This document shows positions 1-10,747 of a stretch of DNA of 39,706 bases, piece after piece. The number at the start of each line of letters is the position of its first letter. The first letter of the stretch is position 1. The notes under the pieces are model-generated. The model was not told where the DNA came from. It worked only from the letters and a program-made list of their open reading frames with translations, and made no database searches. Origin of the DNA: Macrostomum lignano (taxonomy: Eukaryota); assembly GCA_002269645.1 (NCBI GenBank), contig NIVC01004644.1, positions 1-39,706 of the forward strand, written 5' to 3'. The position numbers and the translations under genes were made by a program.

Positions 1-777
1 CACAATATTCAGTAGAGGCGCAATAATTCACTTCAAGACTAACTAACAACCAATAGAGGCTAATTCCGCTCAAGCTACTATCAGTAGGCAGAATCCTCTT
101 TAATGAACATTTTACGTACTTCACTTGAGTTAAATTTGGAGTTCTGACTTTTGCGCATAGTTTAGTCAGTCAACTGAATGACTGCAGGTAAGAAGTGAAG
201 GCTTTTTGACTAAGGCTTCCAATCCACGATTTTCTTGCTTAGTACTAGTACCTGAACAAACAAGGACTGTTGACTTAGGCCTTGCAGTAGAGGCGCTTTC
301 TCTCCTGCTGCTTCATTCGCACATTCCTGAGAAAGTCAAATTAGTCAACACTAATAATGAAGTTCTCGCCATAACAACTCCATCAAAATCAGATTTGCGA
401 CTAGAAAGGACTCTGAACCAACATGCTAACAAGTGTCTCATTGCTGTCAACCTCGAAGTCATAGCCGATTTAAAGGACACTGCTGGGACCGCATCGCATT
501 GACTGTGCAGGGGATAGAGAGGACTTTTTCGAGAGTGGAGTGTATTCCCAGATAATACACAGGTACATGTGCTTGCTCCCTTTTGGCCTGAAATGTGTCA
601 ACTCGTCGGCAGTCTCTTCCTCTAGGCAATAGCGAGGACTGCACTAAAGTACATGTCTGGCGGTTGGCTTGGATGACAGGTTAATTGACTCGGAACTGCA
701 CTGCTTTAAATCCACTGCGACTTTCTTTTCAATAATTGTTCACTATTAAACTTCTGCCTCGAATTCAGCACATAAAA

Positions 778-780
778 CAC

Positions 781-835
<55 letters not shown>

Positions 836-1620
836 GTTACGCCCCAGGGTCGATGTTGGGCGTCACAGGTCGCGCCTCAGAGCACGGGAGCGGAGAAAGG
901 CCGATCCACCGGCCTGGTCGGGGGCGCCAGCATCGGCCAGCAGGCAGTCCGGATACCGCCGAGTGCGCGCCTGCCCCGCCGGAAGGGCGCCGGGAGCGCA
1001 AGCAGCAGCGTCTCCTGCGCCGGCTCGGGGCAGTAAGCCTCAGCGCGGATGAGGTGGCCTGCCAGCTGGAGCCACCGGCGGCGGAGCAAATCGCTGGGGC
1101 GGGACAGGCGAGCTCGGGCGTACAGCGCCACGCTGGTAACATGCTCACCGCCGCCTATCTTGAAGGCAGCGCGCAGCAGGCCGGCGTGCGCCGCGTCGAC
1201 CTGTCGCTCGAGCGTCTCCGTCAGCGTCCATGTTTCAGCGTTGTAGAGCAGGACGGTCTCGATCACCGCCTGGAACAACGCCGAGCGCTGGCGGTCTGGC
1301 AGGGCCGCAGAGTGCAGGACGGTCCTCATGGAGTTGAAGGCCGCCAAGCGAGTCCACGGCGACGCCTCAGGTCGTCGAAGGCGTCAGGTACCAGGCCGCC
1401 GAGGTACACGAACTGCTGAACGCGCGGCAGCAGCGTTGCCTGCACATCAGCGCCTCGGCAGTAGATGTCGGCTTGGATGTTGGTGGGCATGGTGAGCACG
1501 ACGGTCTTTTGCGTGTTGATCACCAGGCCGACGCTCGCAGCAACGCCAACCAGACGGTCCAGCTGACGTTGGGGCCCTCGACGGTTGAGGACAGCAGAGA
1601 GAGATCATCGGCGAGAACAC
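778..1620 (-). mobile_element. 5'-truncated RTE-like non-LTR retrotransposon (RT C-terminal half) with (TTG)n tail and 12-bp target-site duplication
   Basis: Minus strand reads ADDLSLLSSTVEG..(frameshift)..RQLDRLVGVAASVGLVINTQKT..FVYLG..LLYNAETWTLT, the RT/thumb region typical of RTE-clade LINEs. The tail is (ACA)18 on + at 781-834. TSD CAGCACATAAAA is at 766-777 and 1621-1632. Confidence 0.9.
781..834. repeat. (ACA)18 microsatellite forming the 3' tail of the RTE-like element
   Basis: Read directly; lies between the element 3' end and the left TSD copy. Confidence 0.95.
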
Positions 1621-2552
1621 CAGCACATAAAAGCAAGTAATTAAAAGTGCGAATACCAGTTTGCAACTGAGCAAAAGGTCAAACATTAGGTGCACCCGAT
1701 AGAACAGGTCAAGAAGGCCTTTGACTCAACTGATCAGATTGATAAATCATAAAAACTGCCTACGAGACGGTAACTTCTTAGCACAAAACTAGCAAAAATT
1801 GATCCCTAAGAACAAGTAGAAGATGTCATAGAAAATGAAAAAAATAAGTCCCAAAATAAATACAAGGTAAAGAGGAAAAACTCAGAACTAGCCTACTGAT
1901 AAAAGTAGAAGAGAAGGATATGAAAGCCTAGGTGGGATTCTAAGATTGCAAAAAGTGTAATAAATAATCAAAGCTTTACAATTATCTTGACCAGTTGAGA
2001 ACGGCTTGGGCAAAACTGTACTCTTTCCTCTATAGAAAATCAATAATTAGTTCGTAAATTCTTACTGAGAGAAGTAAAGAGATAAAGAGGGATAGAAAGA
2101 GAGAGACAGAGAGTACTCACAACTCTCTGCTCAATCTAACTCGTCTTCCCTCGACTCATCCAGGTAAAAAGGCGGTGCCAAGATGACGAGAAGCGTAGAG
2201 AAGAGATTGGGAAGGGCAGCGGGGAGGCGTTGTTTGTGGGATCTGCAGGCTCTACAGCGGAGAGGATACAGCTGACTGGGGAGTTGACTGTTGAGCAGAG
2301 CGGGACGGGAATCCCGCAGATTAGCGGAGTGACTGTAGCGGAGATACGACTATACGGGCTACAGGACAGTGAGCTCACAGCTCTGGCAACCTGAGAGATC
2401 GTAGGTCCAACTGCTCAACCCAAACTATAGGTCGGGCAATATATTGAATAGCTAAGCCATGCTCAACAGCCTATCTCTGGCAGTATATATTAAGGATCAG
2501 ATTCTCAACTAATCTGGAGCGTTAGAGTTAATTCTGAATCTTCCGCGAAACC

Positions 2553-3249
2553 ATGAGCTACACGAACTACAACACGGTAACTATGGTGATCAATGTCGTT
2601 TGCATTCTCTAGTATGCTTCTGTGTTCTATACTGATTTGCATTTGCATAATATTACAATACACTGTCCGTCACTCTAATTAATTAACTTACCCTTTCCGA
2701 CCAAAGTCGGAAAGCGCTAATGAAAGCCTCAAGGTTAAAATAGTCAGCGTTACCTGATTGTAAGAGACAAAATTGTTCTCAACTGACGCCTAACAGGAGC
2801 AGCCGGCCTACGGTCAGTACACGAATCCCGTGATGCACCAGCCCGCAACCATCGGTCAGCCAGTGGTGGTCACGCAGCCGATGTACACAACCACTGGAAC
2901 AGCCAGCAGCGCCCAAGAGAAGGACTGGAACAGCGGCCTGTGCGGTTGTTGCGAGGACGTCTCCTCTTGCCTGTGCGTGTGGTGCTGCGGCCCCTGCTAC
3001 CTCTGCTTCAGCCTGTCGCCTCGCATGGGTGAGCACTGCTGCACGCCGGTCTGTCTGAGCTGCGTTGACCCGTCCGGCTCTGCTCTGACTGTGCTAGTCT
3101 ACCGCACTAAACTGCGAGCCAGGTACAACATTCGAGGCTCTGTGATCAACGATTGCTGCTGCTCGGTTTGCTGCGGCGCTCTGGTTGCCTGCCAGATTAA
3201 GAGAGAGCTGGACCACCTGGAGTCCTCGCTGGGTCGGCCGCCATTCTGA
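2553..3249 (+). CDS. PLAC8/cornifelin-family Cys-rich protein, join(2553..2576,2797..3249), ~158 aa
   Basis: ORF 2830-3249 has the PLAC8 pattern WNSGLCGCCED..CLCVWCCGPC..RTKLRARYNIRGSVINDCCCSVCCGALVACQIKRELD. Upstream ATG AGC TAC ACG AAC TAC AAC ACG|GTAA donor at 2577 and CTGAC..CTAACAG acceptor at 2796 join in frame (MSYTNYNT|EQPAYGQY). Confidence 0.85.
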
Positions 3250-3261
3250 GTTGGCATTGTA

Positions 3262-4770
3262 TTGGGGGATTTGAAGTTTCTGACATCCTGGTGTGAGCCG
3301 TGGGGATTTGTAGTGTTTGACATCCTATTAGTGTGAGCTGTGGGGATTTGTAGTGTTTGACATCCTATTAGTGCAAACTGTGGGGATTTGTAGTGTTTGA
3401 CATCCTATTAGTGTGAGCTATGGGGATTTTTAGTGTTTGACATCCTATTAGTGTGAGCTGTGAAGATTTTAGTGTTTGACATCCTATTAGTGCAAGCTGT
3501 GGGGATTTGTAGTGTTTGACATCCTATTAGTGCAAGCTGTGGGGATTTGTAGTGTTTGACATCCTATTAGTGTGAGCTGTGGGGATTTGTAGTGTTTGAC
3601 ATCCTATTAGTGCAAGCTGTGCGGATTTGTAGTGCTTGACATCCTATTAGTGTGAGCTGTGGGGATTTGTAGTGTTTGACATCCTATTAGTGCAAGCTGT
3701 GGGGATTTATAGTGTTTGACATCCTATTAGTGTGAGCTGTGGGGATTTGTAGTGTTTGACATCCTATTAGTGTGAGCTATGGGGATTTGTAGTGTTTGAC
3801 ATCCTATTAGTGTGAGCTGTGGGGATTTGTAGTGTTTGACATCCTATTAGTGTGAGCTGTGGGGATTTGTAGTGTTTGACATCCTATTAGTGCAAGCTGT
3901 GGGGATTTGTAGTGTTTGACATCCTATTAGTGCAAGCTGTGGGGATTTGTAGTGTTTGACATCCTATTAGTGTGAGCTGTGGGGATTTGTAGTGTTTGAC
4001 ATCCTATTAGTGTGAGCTGTGGGGATTTGTAGTGTTTGACATCCTATTAGTGCAAGCTGTGGGATTTGTAGTGTTTGACATCCTATTAGTGTGAGCTGTG
4101 GGGATTTGTAGTGTTTGACATCCTATTAGTGCAAGCTGTGGGATTTATAGTGTTTGACATCCTATTAGTGCAAGCTGTGGGGATTTGTAGTGTTTGACAT
4201 CCTATTAGTGCGAGCCGTGGGGATTTATAGTGTTTGACATCCTATTAGTGTGAGCTGTGGGTATTTGTAGTGTTTGACATCCTATTAGTGTGAGCTATGG
4301 GGATTTGTAGTGTTTGACATCCTATTAGTGTGAGCCGTGGGATTTGTAGTGTTTGACATCCTATTAGTGTGAGCTGTGGGGATTTGTAGTGTTTGACATC
4401 CTATTAGTGTGAGCCGTGGGGATTTGTAGTGTTTGACATCCTATTAGTGTGAGCTGTGGGGATTTATAGTGTTTGACATCCTATTAGTGTGAGCTATGGG
4501 GATTTGTAGTGTTTGACATCCTATTAGTGTGAGCTATGGGGATTTGTAGTGTTTGACATCCTATTAGTGTGAGCTATGGGAATTTGTAGTGTTTGACATC
4601 CTATTAGTGTGAGCTATGGGAATTTGTAGTGTTTGACATCCTATTAGTGTGAGCCGTGGGGATTTGTAGCGTTTGACATCCTATTAGTGTGAGCTGTGGG
4701 TATTTGTAGTGTTTGACATCCTATTAGTGTGAGCTGTGGGGATTTTTAGTGTTTGACATCCTAGTGCGAG
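3262..4770. repeat. 40-bp minisatellite, ~37 copies, consensus TGTGGGGATTTGTAGTGTTTGACATCCTATTAGTGTGAGC
   Basis: Period 40 read directly; first and last units are degenerate. Confidence 0.95.
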
Positions 4771-5705
4771 TCGAGGACTTCTTAAGGGAAGTATAGCTAC
4801 AGGTATTTAATTGGCCTATGAGGAAAGTTAATCAGGTTTTTCATACTTTCGTAACCTGAAAGCTTTATTTCTGAGTGCTTAGTTTTTGTCGTGATGACTA
4901 CTGAATACAGCATATCTGTCCGTATGAGAACATTTAGTTGGAGAACTTTCTCTGACTCATTAAGCATTCAGATTGTTAGATAAACACAGAAATTGTTTGT
5001 GGAAATAGTTATAGTTCCAGAAAATGTGTCTTAGGCTATATCTGGAAACTCTCGTTTCTATGCTGAGTTTGAGAAAATTTATTTTTAAACTCGATGAATA
5101 CTTGGTCTTAATCCAGGAAATCATATTTTTAAGCTTGAGTAACAGTTCCAGCTAAGAGTCAGCAGTTTCTCAATTGCGTCCAATCTGTCAACAAGATTTA
5201 ATGTTACACGCGCGATGAAAGTCCTTTATGTTGATTTTTCCTTAAAAAAATTTTCACGTTCATGTTTAACCAGACTTTGATATGGTCTATTCGGTGCAAC
5301 CGTATGCTTATCTTCTAGAAGCTGCGTGAAAAAGTGCATGATTGAGCAATTCGTCAGCTAGCTTTCAGTTTAATTCCCGACTTGGACACTTCTTTATTTT
5401 TTAATTATTCAACTGAGAAAGTATGTACGATTGAAAAATCTGGGAAAAATTAAACAAATTATTTCGCGGCTAGGCAAAACTAAGTCGCGCATCGTGCCGG
5501 CAAGCTGATGATGATGATGCCAGTTGATGAACTCCTGGAGCATGCACTGTTCAGCATTCCGCAGGGCACCTTGACGAGCGCTTCGCTTTACGAAGTTTCT
5601 CATTTTTTTTCGAAGAACATCGATTTTTCTTAGAAATGAGCCGGGGAGGGTAAGGAGCGTGTACATTAGTCGTATACCGCTAATGCATTTCTCGATCAAA
5701 TCTCG

Positions 5706-5842
5706 ACCGAATTTGTCTATGGCGTAACCCCATTCAGCGCTATGTGTTCTCTATAGAGCATACCGAATGCACTGGCGATAGATACACCGGCCTCCAGCTC
5801 ATTTCTAAGAAAATCGAGTGTGGGGTCCTTCTACTTCACTTG
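5706..5842. repeat. Dispersed ~135-bp repeat, related to 26682-26827
   Basis: 5762-5842 aligns directly with 26750-26827 (GCACTGGCGATA..CCGGCCTCCAGCT.ATTTCTAAGAAAATC.AGTGT). 5706-5761 aligns with the reverse complement of 26689-26749. Confidence 0.75.
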
Positions 5843-6101
5843 AGACGATCGTTTACATTCTATAGCCTAATAAGATACAATGCGCTAGGAAAGGAAGTAA
5901 GCAAATGTTCACCCAGTGTCATAATCTATTTAATCAACCCAAATCGTTGGACTGGTTGGACGAGTTATATCGGACCAGCAATTGGAGCAACAACCGTGGC
6001 ATCTGCATTAACAACAACAGCGGCTTCGGCAGCTACATCTAATGGAACAACAACAGCGGCATATGAAGGTATCTACTATTGAATCCTCTGCATCCTCAGC
6101 G

Positions 6102-6370
6102 CGATTCGTTAGGCTAGATGATGCAGAATTAAAAGCGGAACTGGGCCTCCGCTATTCCAGACAACACGCGTCGCAAAGAACCATTGGCCCTTAATGTGTT
6201 CAACGAGTGGCGAAATGCGCGCCAGAACGCAGTTTTTCGAGGAGAAACCAAAGGACTTCTTGTCTCCAAACCGATCAAAGAATTGAGTTGAGGCGATTGG
6301 AACAATCTTCTGAGGCGATTCTTCTTCGAGGTGCGCAAACACGATGGGAGCAAGTACAACGCGTCAAGCC
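6102..6370 (+). mobile_element. Degraded Crypton-A/DUF3504-family (tyrosine-recombinase transposon) N-terminal fragment
   Basis: RFVRLDDAEL..(+1 frameshift)..IPDNTRRKEPLALNVFNEWRNARQN..ELS*GDWNNLLRRFFFEVRKHDGSKYNASS resembles the RF..NT..W/F..L..F..E(V/A)R..G..Y...S pattern of Crypton-derived proteins (KCTD1/QRICH1/ZMYM type). One stop at 6289-6291; catalytic C-terminal part not seen. Confidence 0.6.
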
Positions 6371-7316
6371 ATCGAGGGCACTACTGTCTTTGGTTCAACT
6401 GACGAACCTCGTCCATCCAAGAAGAGGAAGACATGGGAGTGACTATCTACATCTATACCATCAATAATGTGATGAACTTTCGGACAATTGTTAGCCATGC
6501 TTAACTTCTTGTTGCACTTTTGCATTCATGTCGTTTCTGTGAAACGAGTTAAATTAAATAGTCTTAGTAGGTTAAGCATACTTTACAGTTAAAGTATCGT
6601 ACATGTACAACTTCGGGCATCGGAATGTCAGGTCCTTCCTGCCAGAGCACCTATCCATTTTAGCGTAATAGTTGTGTTTTAAGGGTTCCAAGCTACACTA
6701 CTGAAAGTAGATACACGATTTCTATATACCATGCATCTATGACGAAATTAATAAATGCACGACCAATTTAATATAACCATCATATTCATATTCCTCTAAA
6801 ACGTAACTGTAGATTCGAAATCGGAACAAGTTTACTCAGCATTCAATATCTCTAATAAGCCATATAGCTACTTATCAGTCATAAATCACTTACAGAAGAG
6901 TCTCTGACAGTAGAATCGCGATTCTTTCGCGAGTCGTCTCAGTTTTCAATTGCATGCAGAACACTTACTTGCCGATAGAGTCCATGTCGGCAGGCGGGCT
7001 GGTAGAGTGTTTGCACTGTGCAAACCAGACTGCTTCACTATCGACGCGTCTCCCATCGTCAGGGCTGGATTGAACCGGGAACAGTACTCGGTTGCCATGA
7101 CTACGGAGGTAAAATAAAACATCTCGAAGCATTTTACATTGGACTGAGAACAAACACAGTTCGATCAATACAGCAAACGCACCATAGAGTTAAAAAGGTT
7201 TGGAAATTCTTGATTTTCTGATTCGTCGAAGAACCAATGCAAGAGGCTGCTACTTTCTAGAGGGTAGAGACGTCACAGAACATTAGCTCGTAGTAACCTG
7301 GCATTTAATAAATCTG

Positions 7317-7839
7317 ATGGTAAGTACATTCGAGAAGGTGCGCAATATGCTTGCTTTTAACAGCTGTTCTGCACCGTAGATCGGCTGATTCGAAAGCTCT
7401 GCTTTGAACAACCATCACAGGTGGACCATTTTTGTAAGCCGCCGACAATGTTAGAGATGCCGGAGCTGAAGCGCATTCTGCACGAGGACGACGCGGAGTC
7501 GCTGATCGTCCAGCTCGAGCTGGCCAAGCCCCTCTCTCTGCAGCAGATTCTGCAGCTTGGTATCGAGCAGCTGGGTGAAGACGCCGGCACTGCTGACTGC
7601 ATCAAGTGCGGCAGGTCCGACTTCACGTCGTTCCTCATCGCTCACTCAACCCTGCTGGAAGTGGCCGCGTGCACACTCGCTCTCAACTGTGTCACTCTCC
7701 TCATCGACGAGTTGGAGGCCGCAGCGGAGTTTGTCGCTGACGCCGACGCCGACGCCGACGCCGACGCTCTTCATCGGGCAGTCGGAGAGTCAGTCGTGCC
7801 GCTGCACTGTCTCATTGTGAAGCTGTTCACTCTGAGAGA

Positions 7840-7871
<32 letters not shown>

Positions 7872-9358
7872 TGCGGCATTCGAGGACCGGGCGGTGAGAT
7901 TCGTGCACCAAGTGTCGGCTGCGCGGCCTCGCTTCTTCCGCGTGTGCGCAGAGAAGGAGGCGTTCGGCCACAATGCTCTCGAGCTGGCAGTCAGTCTGCA
8001 GCTGTTCTCACTGGCTGAGTGCATTCTCGAGTCGGGCAAGTACTGCGGCGAGGTCAGTCTCGTAGCGGGCGTCAAGGTGCAGCGAGTGGATCTGAGCGAG
8101 TACGACTTTGACACAGGGGAGCGATACAACAAGAGCCCCCTGAACATGCTGGCATTCATGGCAATGAAGGAATTGTCGCATCCTCTGAAAAGATTTCTGG
8201 AGCATCGCATTATTGCCGAAAGCACACGCAGAATTTCTAGTCGCATTAGACGCCCGATGCTCACCAGTGCAATCGTGCTCACCATCTACAAGATTATCAT
8301 TTTGCTGTTTGCTCCAGCCAGCATCTACACCAGAGTGACTGTGACGCGCTTCAAAATCAGCGGGAACTCCAGCTCGTGTCCCCTGTTTGGAATTCATTTA
8401 TTGTGGCAATCTATTTGTGAGCACGCGCTTGTTCAAGCTGTGATGAACGTCTCTCTCGTTGCATTCAATTTGGAGTGCTGCGTGATTCTTGTTTCAAGCG
8501 TAGCTCTGGCCAAATCTCTTACCGTTCAAAAGTCGTACACTGAAACACTGCTGGAATTTGTGTTCACCAGGAGCCAGATTCCTGTAAGAATCGGCATTTT
8601 GCTCCTCTCCATCATTATGGCGTACTTTTCAGTGAGAACTAGAACTGAGCCAACTTCGATGATCCCGCTGAACGAAACCCGACCGCATCAGCTTGTAGCT
8701 TTGGACTATGCTACAAGTATCATCTACTCCCTAACGGCACTAACCTTGGTTTACGATTGGATGCTGGTCATCGAGAAAATGGTTTGCTTTGGGATGTCAT
8801 GGGGATCTTCGCGTTTTTTGTTGCAATCATTTTGGCGTGATGTCGCTGTTTTGCTGGTTAATATCGCTTGTTGTGCCATGCGACCCAGTGTTTCATCCCG
8901 AGATGTCAGCGGAGATTTCCTACACTCTTCTTACTTTCTATCTGCTGCTAAATAACGGAGGTTTGTCACGAGATTCGATCAGAACACTGGGCGCTGTGTT
9001 CCTGTTGACTCACGCGCTCATTGTTCTTTTCTGCTTCAACTTCCTTATCGCGCTGCTGTCCCAGCGTCTGTCCGTGGCATCGGAAAACCTGCATCACCTC
9101 TGCACGGCCTACCGAATGCACACGTACCATTTTGTCCAGATGGCTTTCAGGAACTTGCGGAATGCTCTTGGCCTAGATAGGCGGTGTACATGTGCATGCA
9201 TCGAAAAACAAAAAGACAATGAGTTCACGCCTTGGAGATTCTGCCTAATAACGGAAGCTAAATCGGATTTTCAAAGCGGTGAGGCATTATCAGCGCACCG
9301 AGAAAACAGCAGCAAGGATGAATTACGTAGAAGTACTACGGGAAACCTCGTACTATAG
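7317..9358 (+). CDS. Divergent TRPV-like cation channel, join(7317..7319,7364..9358), with two frameshifts (~7838 and ~8870); pseudogene or sequence errors
   Basis: ATG|GTAAGT..TTTTAACAG|CTG defines a 44-nt intron. ORFs 7421-7897, 7894-8955 and 8789-9358 join into an ankyrin-like part (GHNALELAVSLQ), a TRPV-like linker (VQRVDLSEYD..SPLNML), several hydrophobic helices, a pore-helix-like segment (SYTLLTFYLLLN) and an S6-like segment (VLFCFNFLIALLS). Confidence 0.55.
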
Positions 9359-10146
9359 GTGGGAATTAGGAAAGCGATTTTTAAAAACTCAATGGAGCAA
9401 TATATAAGACAGGCATATGTAGATGTGGTACTTCGTAAATACTCTCTTGCTTTACTTACAGTAGACAAAAAGCACATTTTAACATTTAAGGTTTAGGGAT
9501 CTCTGCATACTGTACATGTTTAGCTACGAAACTCATTATAGCGCTACATTACGTGGATCATTTTGGACCAGAGGTTATATATCGGTATTCGTTGCGATTT
9601 ATCGACAGGTAAATTTACGAGCACCTGTAGAGCACACTTATTCTTTTATGATGCATAACGACCTTTTCTAACTTTTTCTTTACACATACTGAATAATTCT
9701 TATCTATTTATCTTTTATTTAGCGCAATACCAAATTAAGTTCTAGAGTTTCATAATGAGTTATTGTCTAAAGAAAACTGCTTAAATATATATTGGTTGAA
9801 GTTTTGAGATAAAATTGAAGCATTTTCATCCTATTTCAAGTAGCTACTATGAAATAACTTTTGAAATAAAAAGTGTATTATTCTACGGTTACCGGCCAAA
9901 CCGGCGACAAGACGATCCGGCGACAGATATTTAATTGTCCTAATTTGTTGAGCCTTGGCTGATAGAGGCGGCAGCTGCAACACAGTAAGCGAAGATGTGA
10001 AAGTTTTAATTGCTTGTTCCAAGTTTTTTCGAAGCTGTTTTACGAGTAATGCGTGTGTCGAGGCATTTGTTGACTGTACCTAATTTTTATGCATGTGCTT
10101 TAGTTTCTCCCAGCGTAAAAGTTACCGATTTGGACACCATCAAGTA

Positions 10147-10291
10147 GTACATGTACATTTAGTTAATCAGCAAAAGTTGAACAGCTGGTTGTACATGTAC
10201 ATTTAGTTAATCAGCAAAAGTTGAACAGCTGGTTGTACATGTACATTTAGTTAATCAGCAAAAGTTGAACAGCTGGTTGTACATGTACATT
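10147..10291. repeat. 44-bp tandem repeat, 3.3 copies
   Basis: GTACATGTACATTTAGTTAATCAGCAAAAGTTGAACAGCTGGTT starts at 10147, 10191 and 10235, with a partial copy at 10279. Confidence 0.95.
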
Positions 10292-10747
10292 GAGGTGGCC
10301 CAACTCAATGATTGTCAATCAATCTATGCATGTAACAATAATCAATGGAGCGATCCAGTAAATTGAAATTGTGTAAATGTGTCTTTTTATCACATGCGAC
10401 AATTAATGCACATGCCAAAAATTGGAAGAATCGACCCCCAATATAGAATTTAATACTTGAAATCCACTGTAGCGCGGTAAAAAGCACAGTAACAACAGCG
10501 AAAAGTAGAAGCGCAGCAGAAAAATTAAAAGGAGACTCAAAACATTTTTTCATTACAAACAGCCCGCGATCACAGTCAATCTCGGACCAATTGCGAGGCT
10601 CGTTGACCTTGCTGCACGCGACTCCGCCTACAGTCGGAAGCACAGCTTCTGCACGCGTTGGTACGTACACGTACCGCGCTGCCTCCGACGCTGTACGACC
10701 TGCCGGACCAGATTGTCTCTGCTGATGAATGAGTGTATAATTGCATG

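Noticed and set aside
206-644. ORFs 206-502 and 459-644
   Set aside because: No recognisable motif, TTG start, no convincing splice structure.
736-1419. 227-aa ORF with poly-Thr
   Set aside because: Antisense to the RTE fragment; the poly-Thr is the (ACA)n tail.
5409-6082. ORFs 5409-5699 (-) and 5744-6082 (+)
   Set aside because: No recognisable domain; they overlap a dispersed repeat and low-complexity sequence.
10305-10747. Hydrophobic C-terminus of ORF 10305-11099
   Set aside because: Read-through from the inverted LINE segment across the TSD into flanking DNA; chimeric, not a real protein.
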